Source: Mustelus asterias (lineage: Eukaryota). Taken from it: DNA of 64,000 bases. Shown one piece after another: positions 38,801 through 50,677 of this stretch (its first letter is position 1; every line of letters begins with the position of its first letter). The stretch lies in assembly GCF_964213995.1 (NCBI RefSeq), contig NW_027590224.1, positions 558,001-622,000 of the forward strand, given 5' to 3'. Under the pieces are notes generated by a model that searched no databases, had not been told where the DNA came from, and saw only the letters and a list, made by a program, of their open reading frames with translations. Position numbers and translations under genes: made by a program.

Positions 38801-41800
38801 AGAGCGACTTCCTACACCTGGACCGAACACACCTGTACCAGGTAAATCTGTTTCTAAACTACTGCATGTGTTTTCAGCGTGTTGCATCATTCTGGATAGA
38901 CAGCGAGTAACACTGGAAGGTTTGAAAGTAAAGTTTATTAGTTTATTTATTAAAAGTTATTTATTAGTCACAGGTAAGGCTTACATTAACACTGCAATGA
39001 AGTTACTGAGAAATTCCCCAAGTCGCCACACTCCGGTGCAAGTTCGGGTCAATGCACCCTAACCAGCACGTCTTCCAGACTGTGGGAGGAAACCGGAGCA
39101 CCCGGAGGAAACCCACACAGACACAGGGAGAACTTGCAAACTCCACACAGACAGTGACCCAAGCCAGGAATCGAACCCGGGTCCCTGGCGCTGTGAGGCA
39201 GCAGTGCTAATCACTGTGCTACTGTGCCACCCAAGAATGATTGTGTGAGAATGAGTGATGTGAGTCACTGTTACCTGTAACTGGTCCTGCAACCACTGGG
39301 ATTTGTTATTTCTGTTTCTGAGTCTCACCTTCCTGTCCCTCAGATACAGAACTGTGAGGATTCCTGCTTCCCACGAGCATTAGTGTTTCTGGAATTCTGT
39401 GTGGAAAGTCTGGGTACAATTTTACCCAAACCCACCTGTTGGGAAACTGATGGGATTGGATGTAACACTGGGTGAAGTCAGTGGAGAGAAATATTTACCC
39501 GGGTGTAATCCGGCATTCCACACAATCCCGTGGCCTTTTCCGATTGGTAAATTATTTTAAAATCTCCTGCTAGTTCAGCGTGCTGTTGGGTTGAATTAGA
39601 GGGAGGCTGCTGCTACTCAGTGTCCAGTTATCTCTATTGGAAAGCATGTATCGATCACATTGTGGGGCAGTGTGTGTGTGCAAGGAGCTGTGGGGTGACC
39701 TGGTGTATGTGTGATTATCGGTGTCTAAACTCCCACATCCCTCCAGGACTAGAATTAACCAGGGATCTGTCTGTACTGGGGATGGTTCTGAAACACTCGG
39801 TGCTGAAGGTCTCTGCTGTTAGTTTTGTGAGTGTGTCCCAGTCTGTTAATGGCTTCGTTCTGTCTCTAGGTCCTGGACTCCCGGATAGAGCAAGAGTTGG
39901 ATTGGGAATCGGAATTCTTGTTGCTGTTTTTGTTGTTGCTGGAATTGGGATTTACATATTCCGAAAGCGACAAAGACGGTGAGTTCCAGAATGTTCCACT
40001 GTTTCCATTGGGATCCTGTTTTTGGTTTATAATGTTTGTTCAATGTTGCTGAACTCCAGAACTGTCCATTTACTGAGCTGTGAGGATGCTTCAATCCACC
40101 CTATCATTGAGCAGCGTTAACCAGTCACTTCCAGCTTGTCATCCTTTTGCTGCTGAACAGTCCCCGTGGATTGGAAAGGAGCGAATATTATCCCACTGGG
40201 AGAACCAGTGGATGAGGAATGTATCTGGGATTTCAGAAGGTATTTGATAAGGTGCCACACAATAGGTTGTTCCGCAAGACATGGGCTCAGGGGATTGGGG
40301 GTAATGTAGCATGGATTGAGGATTGGTGAGTGGACAGAAACAGAGGAGGGACAATGGGTGATTTTTGGTTGGCAGGATGTAACTGGTGCTGCCGGGATCA
40401 GTGCTGGAGCCTCAGCTAATCACAATCCATGTCAATGATTGTGATCAGGGGAGAGAGTGCGATGTGTCCAAGTTTACTGACGATAGAAAGTGGGAGAGTA
40501 AGCGGTGAGGAAGATACAGAGATATTAACAGGTCAGGTGACTGGGCACGGAGGTGGAACAGGGAATATAATGTGGGTAGTGTGAATTATCCACGTTGGTG
40601 GGAAGAATGGAAAAGGAGAATATTCAGAGTGAGAGACTGGGAAATGTGGGCATTGTGAAGGTTTTGAGCGTTCATGTCCAATGTAAATGAATCAAAGTTA
40701 ACCTGGTCTCCTTACCCAAGGAAGAGGATGTTCCTAATGTGGAGGAGGTGTGACACATTGCTTCCCTAATGGTTCCTGAGCTGTGTCTGTGCTGTTAGGA
40801 GAACCGGCCAATATTCCCAGGAGTCTGGAAGAATGAGAGGTGATCTCATTGAAACGCATAATATTCCCAGTGGCCTTGACAGGGTCACCCTCCTCCCTCC
40901 ACAGACGGACACACTCACACACCCCTTTCCCCACACGCAGATAGCGAATGAAACTATTGGTCACAGTCTGAGGACAAGGGGTCGAACATTTTGCCTCAGC
41001 TCATTGGCTCCTGAAACCCTCATCAATAACGTAATTTATTCTAGTCTGAACTATTCTGACATCACCCCCGTCCTCATTGACTGGTTCAATTCTAACATTC
41101 CCATTCTAGTTTCCACATTCCCCTCTGACCTCACCCCTTCCTCATCTCTGTAACTGAGCCAACCACGCAATCCTCCGCACTCCAATTCTGTCCACTTGGT
41201 GCGTACCTCAGTCCCCATCGCTCCACCATTGGTGGCCGTGCTTTCAGCTGCCTGGGGCTCATGTCCTATAGCGAAGGAAATCTACCATCCTTACCTGATC
41301 TGGCCTACATGTCACTCCAGACCCACAGCAATGGTTGACTCTTAATTACCATTAGGGATGGACAATAAATGCAGGCCCAGCCTGTGACACCCCTATCCTA
41401 CAAACTAAATAATAACTCCGGAATTCTCTGCCTCTCCCTCTGTTTTTCCCCCTGTCTCAAATTCCGAGTATTCTTTGATCTCTCCTCTGAAGCATTTCTG
41501 GATTTCCTCTAAAGGTGCTATGTAAATGCAGTACGTTGTAATTCAATCTCCTCCTGCACTTTTCAGACCTCCCCCTTAACCCGGACATCAGAGGATTCAG
41601 TCACTGGGAAAGCCATCTCGGATTTCCTTGTCTCACTCAATATCCACATCTCCGTGCTCACCGCCTATCCCCACACACACCCCTCACAGTGGCAGCAGGA
41701 ACTATTGCAGGGTTCTCTAACTCTATCCTCTGACCCTCCCTCTGTGGGTCAGCACATCTCCTGTGGACTGTCCAGCTCTTGCCCGTTGCCTCCCCGATAA

Positions 41801-42151
41801 GCCTCCTCTCCACTCTGTGCTCCATCACCGTGCAGCTCCTGTGACCCAGTTTCCAGCGGCCGTTGGTACCCAGGATATTGAGTGGAATTTAATGGGTCTG
41901 TGCTCCTGAACGGCTCCTTTACTCACCTGGCCAAAGTGTTGGATTCTTTTCATTCTGAACTCTGCTGTTTGTTCTCTTCCAGGAAACAAAACAGACACAC
42001 GATCGATCAAAATGAAGCATCTAACGGTGTCCCTTTGACAGAGGTGACCTGTTCAGGTGAAGCACGGGGCCTTCTGACAACAGCACCTGAGCATCAGGAT
42101 GGAGCGTCTGGAGAACAAAACCTTCTGGGGAATGGGACTGTCCAGCACTGA
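14849..42151 (+). CDS. B7/butyrophilin-superfamily-like single-IgV type I membrane protein, copy B (6 coding exons, 242 aa)
   Basis: Join 14849-14851, 35705-35768, 36560-36904, 38803-38841, 39870-39978, 41983-42151 = 729 nt, open throughout, with GT-AG introns of phase 0,1,1,1,2. Architecture: signal peptide, IgV, stalk, TM, tail. Exon 1 is the least certain part. Confidence 0.75.
17104..17438 (-). mobile_element. HE1-like V-SINE, full length
   Basis: tRNA head, V core, CR1-like 3' tail ending tttctatgattct. Confidence 0.92.
17682..35454 (+). repeat. 33-bp satellite array (cactccctcagtactgaccctctgacagtgcgg), ~17.8 kb, ~540 units
   Basis: Continuous tandem periodicity of 33 with occasional 19-bp deletion units and higher-order block duplications. 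Confidence 0.98.
35500..35640 (-). mobile_element. L1/Tx1-clade LINE ORF2 C-terminal fragment
   Basis: Minus translation ends QDYVLRDTLKLGAAAARARWGKVTV*, which resembles the Tx1-type ORF2 terminus as I recall it; not checked against a database. Confidence 0.55.
35705..35768 (+). CDS. Copy B signal-peptide exon (GHTFHKLLLLLLLLSVVAAVS)
   Basis: Acceptor ttcttgttgcag, donor CAG|gtaaga; hydrophobic leader; phase 0-1; paralog at 60231-60291. Confidence 0.88.
36560..36904 (+). CDS. Copy B IgV domain exon (B7/BTN-type V-set)
   Basis: Acceptor ttttccag, donor CAG|gtgaga, phase 1-1. Motifs VVLPC, VIW, EQDPRFRNRTKLF, GNWSVLLSDLRESDQSEYEC; N-glycosylation sequons NRT and NWS. Confidence 0.95.
37017..37359 (+). 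mobile_element. HE1-like V-SINE, full length
   Basis: ggcacggtagcacagtggttagc...ggttcgattcc head, V core, (ttcta)n tail. Confidence 0.92.
37527..38255 (+). mobile_element. CR1 LINE 3' fragment
   Basis: ORF 37656..37961 (LVRPHREYCVQYWSP...RGDLMETFKI) and CR1 3' UTR; the same 3' end is at window positions 1-85. Confidence 0.88.
38803..38841 (+). CDS. Copy B Pro-rich stalk exon (ERLPTPGPNTPVP)
   Basis: Acceptor ttttctttag, 39 nt, donor CAG|gtaaat; phase 1-1. Confidence 0.8.
39870..39978 (+). CDS. Copy B transmembrane exon
   Basis: Encodes GPGLPDRARVGLGIGILVAVFVVAGIGIYIFRKRQR; acceptor tctctag, donor gtgagt; phase 1-2. Confidence 0.9.
41983..42151 (+). CDS. Copy B cytoplasmic tail exon to stop
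   Basis: Acceptor gttctcttccag, phase 2; encodes RKQNRHTIDQ...GNGTVQH*. Confidence 0.8.
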
Positions 42152-44070
42152 ATCACTTTGCACTGAATCACTTTGCACTGAATCACTTTGCACTGAATCA
42201 CTTTGCACAGCCCTGGGTAACCACCACAGCCTCAAGAAAACTGACTGATGCCAAAATCCCTTCTGTAATTGTTTCCAATCAGTATTTATTTAATGTATCT
42301 CAGTATTACTGTCGACGAGGACATTGACAATCGACTGTCGAAGACTAACAGCTCCTTTGGCCACCTCTTGAATGTGTGTTGAAACCATTCACTACCCGTG
42401 TCTAACAGAACTCGGGTTTACAGAGAGATTGTCATTACTGCCCTCTTGAGTGGGTCAGAATGATGGGTTCGGTACAGAAAACAAATGGAGAGCTTCCATC
42501 AACACTGCCCTCGATCCATCATGAACAGCAGACGGCAGAACTACATCACAAACAATGATGTTCTCAACAGCACCAATCTGTCCAGAACTGAATACCTTCT
42601 CTTCCAACACCAATTACACTGGGCAGAGTGTGTGTCACACACTTAGACTTAGAACAGTACAGCACAGAACAGGCCCTTCGGCCCACGATGTGGTGCCGAG
42701 CTTTATCTGAAACCAAGATCAAGCTATCCCACTCCCTATCATCCTGGTGTGCTCCATGTGCCGATCCAATAACCGCTTAAATGTTCCTAAAGTGTCTGAC
42801 TCCACTATCACTGCAGGCAGTCCATTCCACACCCCAACCACTCTCTGCGTAAAGAACCTACCTCTGATATCCTTCCTATATCTCCCACCATGAACCCTAT
42901 AGTTATGCCCCCTTGTAATAGCTCCACACGGGAGGGTTCCAGAATGTCAAAAGCAGAACTTGATGAGGATATATTATGCTGACTTTCACAGAGACAAGAC
43001 TTTGCATGATCTTCACCTGTGAAGAACCTGCCATTATCAACATTCCTGTGACAGACTGTGTCCAAACCCACTGACAGGAGCATACAGAAACACCTTTAGC
43101 ATTGATCACTCCCTGTGTGAGATGGTAACTCACAAAATATCCTGTTGATGAGTGAATGGGAACATCAGAGTTTCTGATGAAGTTATTAACTTGTTGTCAG
43201 TGTGGGTGATGCTGCCAGGGCCCCATTTAGTGTCCATCTCTGCTTGAGCCACTGCAGTCCTTGTCGTGATGGTGCTCCCAGTGATGAACATGGAAGAGGT
43301 TTCACAAACTCCCTTTACAGCAGCATCTCCATGTGCCCTCTCTCCATGAGCCTGACATCTTAATGTGTGGTGCCTTGAATTGGACACCATTCTGCTGCTC
43401 ATGTCTAACTAGTGATTTATAACTGTTCAGAACAGCCTCCTTACATTTGCACTGTTTTTGTATTTAGAAACCTCTCTCTGGGTGCGTGTAGCTGCGACCC
43501 AGCATCATTGCATTAATTTATGAATCTTGTGGTTACAAATTTTCACTCTGCAATTCCTTCACTTTCACAGCATTATTTGCATAATTTATGGTCCACATTC
43601 TGTGTATTACTCAGTCCAAGCTAAGTGCCGACGAATGTTATATTTTTACAGTGCGATCTCTATCCTGTTTTGAATGTTATGTTTTTATGATGTGCATAAA
43701 CAGTTAGTGTTAATGAGTAGATGCTCTCTCTGTTTCTGTTTAATGAAGCAGCTAAATGCGTGCCTCAAAGATTGGTGTGGGTGAAATGGGATTGAATTTA
43801 TGGGACATTGGCACCAGTACTGGGGGAGAAGGGACCTGTTCCGATGGGACAGTCTCCATCTGAATCATGCTGGGAACCAGAGTCCTAGCGAATCGCATAA
43901 CTAACTAGGACTTTAAACTGAATCGGGGGGGGGTGGGGAGGGTTCATAATCCTGGTAGTTTGCTCACTGTTAGGCTTATTGCAGGGTGTCTGCCAATGCC
44001 TAGCATATCATAGAGCACAAGTTCCCCTCTAAAGAGGTTAGTGTTATCATGGAATGATAAAAGGAGGGAA

Positions 44071-44490
44071 TGAGATGTTAAGGGGTTAACATCCCATGAA
44101 TTTGCTATGATCTTGGTTTTTTAACTTAAAAAAAGTGTGCGAGCTAAGCAAACTTTTGAACTTGCAAATGCAGATAAGCTTAAAACTGTCTGGAACAATT
44201 TTTGCTGGTAACATATTCCCCATATCAACTCCTAATGTGTCCTTGTTTCTGAAAGATAGAATTCGTTCTATGTGCAAAATAGAGTCCCAAGACATATGGG
44301 AAACATTTATTATCTCACACTGGAGCAATGGTGGACGTGTGGTTTTTATGGCAACCGGGGGGTTTTTCGACATATTTATGTTTTTTCAACTGTCTTTGTA
44401 TTTTGCTGTGGCTAAAAACGTGATTTGGCTGAAGTAATACTGTGTACATGACGAATTACTGTAAAAAGAGGATAAAGGGAGAGACATCCC
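44071..44490 (+). mobile_element. Partial ERV LTR (U3 up to the TATA region)
   Basis: Begins TGAGATGTTAAGG after the PPT; aligns by eye with LTR 49812-50467 until just past the TATA position, then diverges. Confidence 0.75.
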
Positions 44491-45025
44491 CCCGGTTTGA
44501 GGGTTAGGTGTTAAAGGTGGATGTTCGCAAGAGCCCACCGAGGGAGGTAAAGGTTCGGGTTTAGAGGCCCCAGTCCGGGAGTAATTGAGGTTCGACTCCC
44601 TCGGTCGGTAGCAATTGCTTTTTTTAAAAGGGAGGGAGTGTGCAGTGTGTGTTACAGATTTTTGAGAGAAAGGAACTATGTTCTCTCAAATTACTAGGGA
44701 AATATTATAAATTAATTGGAAAATTGATTAGAGAAAATCTGAGGTTGACCTAATAATTTGAGTAGTTTTTGTATTTCAGTGTGTTTGTGTGGTCTGGTTG
44801 CTTGTCGTTGCAATAGATTGAAAGAAAGCCTGTTTGTTCTTGTGGCAGAAAAAAAGTAAAGGGTGGGAATGAGGTGAAGTTGGAGACGTGACTGCTTGTG
44901 CCGATCGAAGGGAGGTGCCAGTCTCAAACACGCAGCCTTGGACCGAAGGTCAGGACACTGAAGTGGGCGTAGAGGCAACAAGGCACTGCAGAGCGTGAAG
45001 TACAAGTGGTCAAAGTCTCTTAACA

Positions 45026-45570
45026 ATGGGTCAAACTTTGGATAAGTCAGGGGATGGGACCCCTTTATATAAAATGTGTCGTGAAAACCGGAAAGACGAG
45101 GAGCTACTCAGAAGCTTGTCAGGGTGTCTTAAAAAAACTGGGAAATGAAAATTGGCCACAAGGGGAAACTTGGGTTGTAGATCAATGTATTAAAACAGAA
45201 GAGGCTATTCGAGAGCCCATGAATTAACCGAGAAATGAAAGCTGGCCAGCTGGGGGGGGATAACACACGTAGGAGAGGGATCAGTGAATGTGATAATGAG
45301 GGAAACTCGAAAACCTGGGAAATGTTGAAGTGGGAATGTGAGAAGTATGAGAGACGAAACCGAGAACAAGGATTAGAATGGCAAGCTGAACAAAGGAAAG
45401 ATAAAAAACCGGAGGTACCTCCTGACACATCTGGCATGCCAAAGTTGTTCCAAAATACCGATACTGACGAACAACAGGAGGATTGGAGAAGGTAACCTCG
45501 CGCTCCGACCGCTCCCCAAATCCAACCCCAACCAAACAGTTAAAAAAACAAAATTTGCATTCGCGCAGCA
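45026..45570 (+). pseudogene. gag: ERV gag 5' part (matrix), frameshifted
   Basis: MGQTLDKSG myristoylation-type start; after a frameshift NWPQGETW, resembling the matrix WPxxG motif. Confidence 0.7.
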
Positions 45571-47551
45571 CCTGATGACATTGCTACAGAAATATTTCAA
45601 GGTGCTCCAGGTACAAGGAATTACTTTCATTGTAGGGACTGCAAACAAATCCCTATTTGGCCTCATTGTGCAACAAATATTTTCCCAAAAATTTTAATCA
45701 GGAGTGACATTATAACAGAAGAAATACTGGTGAGGTGCACACAAAGTTAGTGAATGCAGTGGTTGTGATTTTTGAATTTCTAGACTTAAGTGGCTCATTA
45801 AACAATTTATATTTGTAACACCAAAATATTTTCACTCAGAAAAACTGAAGGAAGCTCAGCCTTTTCAGTGCTGGTTGCAAAAGAAAGATGTGCAACTGTA
45901 GGAAAGAGTTTAAAAAATATAAGTACAAGTTAAAAAGCAGCTGCTTGAGCATGTATTCCCGGCTCACCTACACCAAACTTAAGACATTTCAGTGGCAGAT
46001 TAAGTCCCCATTATGCATTTTTTGAGTCAGAAACTTTCATTTACACCTTGGAAGTATGAAAAACTAGTAAGGTTTTTATACAAAATGGGAGCCAACTTTA
46101 CCAGATTAGGGTATTGAAAGTAATGTGTCGGGGGAAAATACCAACACAATTACCAACACAAGCTGATACAACTGGAGTTAACTGGAACTTAGACAATGTA
46201 ACCAGTATATTGAGGCTCAACTCTTCTAGCCCTTTTTAGGTCAATTTGAAAGATGCCAATTGAAGTTTACTCTGTAAATGGCCCATTGTGTACAGGAGTC
46301 ATTTACATTTAGCTAATTTAATTAGAAAATGTCTCATTGGCTCAATAATTTCCGGTATAATTTTCAACATTGGTCAGTTTTTTTCTTCTGCGGGTTAGCA
46401 ATTAAGTTTGCTGAAACATTTGGAAATGAATTCAGACAATTTGTATTAAATTGGCAGAAAGTGGTTTGTGTAAACGCTCCTGAATCCATAATGGTCAACT
46501 TACTGTTGAGAGATGCACAGTGGAAGGCAACATTGTGTAAAAATACGCCAAGTCCTTCTCAGCCCTCGTACTGTTGTTGGTACCGTAAATTAAGCTCTCG
46601 CAGTTCCCGCTCTGAGTCTCCATATTGAGAGCAAAGAGGGAACAGATGCACCTTCTTATAGACTCGTGCTTGTCCACCTTGGTTATTCAGCACTTTTCAA
46701 AGTCAGTAAACACCCCTTTTATCCTTTTATGTACAATTAATTGCGTGATGTTAAATTTGTGGCAGTGGTATTTCCCCCTTCCGATTCCAATAATAAAGTT
46801 ACATCAGGGAGAGAGGGACAGGATCCTTTTAAAACCCATGGGGGAAACCAGAAAAAAACCCTCTTTCACTATCTTGAGATTAAAGTCACACAATGCCACC
46901 ATCTGCTGGCGGCCCACAGCTACTGCAGGCGCTGCTGTTTGTGAACCTCAGACAAGTTCAGTCACTCCATGCCTGCACCTGGGAACCGGTTACTGCAGAG
47001 TGAATATTGAACAATATTAACAGGGATTAAATTTATCCTAAAAGTAACTGATGTTTTTGGGAATAAATTAATAATCTGGCAATCAGGATCAATAAAATTA
47101 TCTATTTAAAAAAGGTTCGATCTCTCACTGTGACATGATCCCTGAAGTTCCCTTCACTAAAAAATTAAAAACTATTTGTATTAGAATTTGTACAAAAGTA
47201 TTAAGAGTGCACAGTGTCTGGGTACATCTTTCACTGCCTTGTTCTTCTGCAGGTCATACTTTGGTTGGCTCACATGAAGAGCTTAATTTTCTTTGAACAC
47301 GACGGGCATCCCAGATATTGTCACTGTTCAGAGCTGACGGGGACGGCCCTGCCTCTGAAAAGGACATTTGGAAGGTGCATGGATGTTCACATTCTGCGTC
47401 ATCAGGCCTTTGGGTTACTCCAATCGGCCAAGTGTGTAAACATGATGCTTTGTTGCCTTTGCTTATTGTCTTCATTCTGATACCCACCTTGGCAAGGAGG
47501 GAATGAGTGGTATTATGCTCTGTAACGGTGGCACCCCCGACTAGCTGAGGC

Positions 47552-48400
47552 AGCCCAGTCTCGTATAGCATCATGTTTGACATGCCAGCAAAACAATGTT
47601 GGTCAAGGGGTGAGATGCTCGCCAGGATGAACACCCTTGCCAGGTGGACCGTTTGAATGTATTCAGCTAGATTTTATTGAATTGCCGCGTGTACCTTGCT
47701 ATCAGTATTGTCCTGTGATTGTTGGTGTATTTAGTAGATGGATAGAGGCTTTCCCAACAACAAATAACAAGGCCTCGACGGTAGTAAAATTGTTGCTAAC
47801 TGAAGTAATACCAAGGTTTGGGGTGCCTCGACAAATTAGTTCAGATAATGGCCCCCACTTTGTAGGAAAAGTCAATAAGGAATTGTGAGATGCATTACAC
47901 ATCCAACAACAATTCCACTGTGCCTACCACCCCCAGTCTGCAGGAATAGTGGAAAGAGCTAACGGAACTCTTAAAGCTAAATTGACTAAGTTAACATCCG
48001 AAACCGGCCTTAACTGGTTAAAGGTTTTGCCCCTAGCTCTGTACCACATGAGAATAACGCCCCACTCTACTACTGGACTCTCGGCGGCAGAGATAATTTA
48101 TGGCCGACCCAGTAGAACACCTTGGGACGCCAATACAAGCCCGTCCACCCAGATAGATTTACACATTGTGGGAGAGGAAATGCAGAAGTACTTCCAGCAG
48201 CTAACGCTGCCTTTAAAGTTTCTCCATTCACAGGTACAGTGCGCTTTGGATCAACCCCACGGACACCAGATCAAGATTCTGACCCACAGGACTACTTCCC
48301 TGGACCACTGATAGGAGACCTCGTGCTAATAAAAAACTGGGATTGACGTGTAAAGGCCCGTTCCAAGTTCTCTTCCAGACTCCAACTGCAATCAAGGCAC
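47552..48400 (+). pseudogene. pol: ERV pol integrase domain with premature stops
   Basis: CLTCQQNN (end of zinc finger), PFECIQLDFIEL, FSRWIEAFP, ISSDNGPHF, AYHPQSAGIVERANGTLK, KGPFQVL; TGA stops near 47627 and 47886. Confidence 0.92.
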
Positions 48401-48439
48401 AAGGACAACCGGATCAACGGAAAGGAAACCGGAAAGAAG

Positions 48440-49773
48440 GACTGACTAATGGACGATTTCACTCTAACACTTTGTACATGTCTTACGAGTTTGCTGTAAA
48501 GTTTAATGTAAGTGGGTGTTGTGTCTGCTCACACATACCACCACATGCTACAGAAAGGATTCCTCTGTTCCCTAATCCTCTCAACCCCCAGGAAACGATA
48601 GAATGGATTTTGCATCAAAACAAGACTAAAAGTGGAATGAGGGCTGTGTTCGATCCTATAGGTTTCATAAAGGTTAACGGACAGGACGCTCCTCTATGGG
48701 TACCTTCCGGCAAAAATATTGCTCAACTTGCAGAGAGGTGTAATATAACAAATTATTTTAAGAACCATTACCAACCCAACTACGATAGATCAGACTCCCC
48801 ACGCCACTTTGTTGTAAAAAATCAACAAAGAGGATCTATCTGTCTGATAAGAAACGGAACCATCCCCGTTGGCCGTAGCTACTGCATTCAGCAGTTTATT
48901 ACCTATCCCAGTCGGAAAGAAAAAAAATGTTTCTTGTTCCACTACAGAAACTGGGATGTTCATACAGAACGCCGCCGCCTTATCAAAGGAATGTGAAGGT
49001 TGGGGTTGAGAAGGGAGAAAAATCACATCCCCCAATGACAACAGTTTCCCAGCCAATCCCAGCCTATTAGACGATATGGTAGGGTACAATGGCACCTATT
49101 TTGTCTGTGGAGATAACGCCTATCCTTGGCTTCCCTGGGACTGGTCTGGATCTTGCTATCTCGCGTATGTGGTCCCCTATGTCCGACATTATGACTCCCT
49201 GCATCTCCACCCCAAGATACATCTGTTAAGATTTAAACAGGCCATCACCGAAGCTCAACGGTTTTGGATGATAGCCTTTCCTGCCTATGGGACCGCCATA
49301 GCAGCTCGAGAACTGATCAATATGGCATCAGCTCTTGAGAAAATAGCTAATGATACTGCGGATGGATTAGAGGATGTGAGCACCGCTATCTCCGAAGTTT
49401 CAGCTGAAGTCGTAGCTATACGGACGGTGGAACTCCAAAATCGAATGGCTTTAGATTACTTGTTGGCAGCAACAGGAGGCACCTGTGCCCTAATAGGCTC
49501 CGAGCGCTGTACATACATTCCAGACGCCTCCCACAATATCACTGATTTAGCTGAGCATATTAATAAAAGACCACTGACAAAATTAGGGCTGAAGTGCAAA
49601 ATTTTAAGAACTCCAATCCTCCTGGCTGGTGGCCTTTTAGTAACCTCTTTGGAGACTGGGGAGGGATGTTGATGCACCTGCGAGTCATTATCCTGGTAGT
49701 TTGCTTACTGCTAGGCTTATTGCAGGTTGTCTGCCAATGCCTAGCATATCATAGAGCACAAGTTCCCCTCTAA
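48440..49773 (+). pseudogene. env: ERV env (gamma-type), frameshifted, signal peptide missing
   Basis: CCVC (CxxC), degenerate furin site RFKQ, fusion peptide, ISD LQNRMALDYLLA, C-X6-RC, TM helix in a shifted frame. Confidence 0.92.
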
Positions 49774-49811
49774 AGAGGTTAGTGTTATCATGGAATGATA
49801 AAAGGAGGGAA

Positions 49812-50467
49812 TGAGATGTTAAGGAGTTAACATCCCATGAATCTCCTATGATCTTGGTCATTTGTGAAAAAAAAGTGAGCTCCTGCAGAAGTGCAGCTGG
49901 TTGCTGTAAGATAAAGTGAAGTAAATTCTTAGCTTGAAAGCTGTGTTGTTTGGAACAATTTGTGCTGATACCAGCACATATTCCCTATTCTGAACTGTCA
50001 CCCCGGCCTTGCAAATATCAATGCGGCTAATGCTGTCCTTGTCTGAAGGAGATAACATTCGCTTTATGGCAAAGCAGCGTCTCAAGAAATATGGGAACGG
50101 TTGCTATCTCACACTCGAGCAATGGTGGACGTGCAGTTTCAATGGCAACCGGGGGTGGTTTTTCGACATATTTATGGTTTAACTCATATACTATCTTTGT
50201 ATTTACTCTTGCTGTTGCTAAGCACGTAATCTGGGTGAAGTTATACTGTGTGTACGTGACTAATTGCTGAAAAAAAGAGTATAAAGGGAGAGACTGCTCC
50301 CTGTTCGGAGAGTATTGCTCGGCGAAGTTCAGCACTGTGCTGAGTTAGTAAAGTGATCCTCCAAAAGCTTGTACTTGCTTGAAAATAAAGGACTGGGTTT
50401 TCTTATACAGATCAGTGTCTTGCTCTTGCATCAAGTACGTAAGGGTCTCTGAAAAACGAACCTGGCA
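49812..50467 (+). mobile_element. ERV 3' LTR
   Basis: TG...CA ends, preceded by PPT; TATAAA at ~50280; AATAAA at 50384-50389. Confidence 0.88.
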
Positions 50468-50677
50468 GCTGAACCCCTTTAATACAGGAACCAGACTCTG
50501 GGTTTTTCTGATGTTTTATTCTGTTTATTTTTAATTTATTCTATGTTGTTTAATCCCTGTGGCGCTGCCAATCTGACACTGAAGGTCTGAGACTAAAAAC
50601 CGATTGTCCTGATTTACCTTGTAAGAGGTCTCACAACACCAGGTTAAAGTCCAACAGGTTTATTTGGTAGCAAAAGC

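Larger units (their letters stand above)
38174..43945 (+). repeat. Segmental duplication unit B (paralogous to 1-5310)
   Basis: See unit A; includes the same SINE (~38930-39232), RTE and CR1 fragments. Confidence 0.95.
43946..50467 (+). mobile_element. Defective endogenous retrovirus (gamma-type env, epsilon/gamma-like): env-end/PPT, partial LTR, gag 5', integrase, env, PPT, LTR
   Basis: PPT aaaaggagggaa before TG at 44071 and 49812; MGQ gag start; integrase and env motifs. Confidence 0.9.

Noticed and set aside
39620-39869. Long ORF running into the TM exon as an extended ectodomain
   Set aside because: Copy A has a 1-nt indel that breaks this frame, and there is a good acceptor at 39869, so the stretch is treated as intron.
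39870-45570. Splicing of the TM exon into ERV gag, by analogy with B7-H6/NCR3LG1
   Set aside because: The two candidate acceptors checked in the ERV leader (~44779 and ~44848) hit stops in phase 2, and gag is frameshifted.
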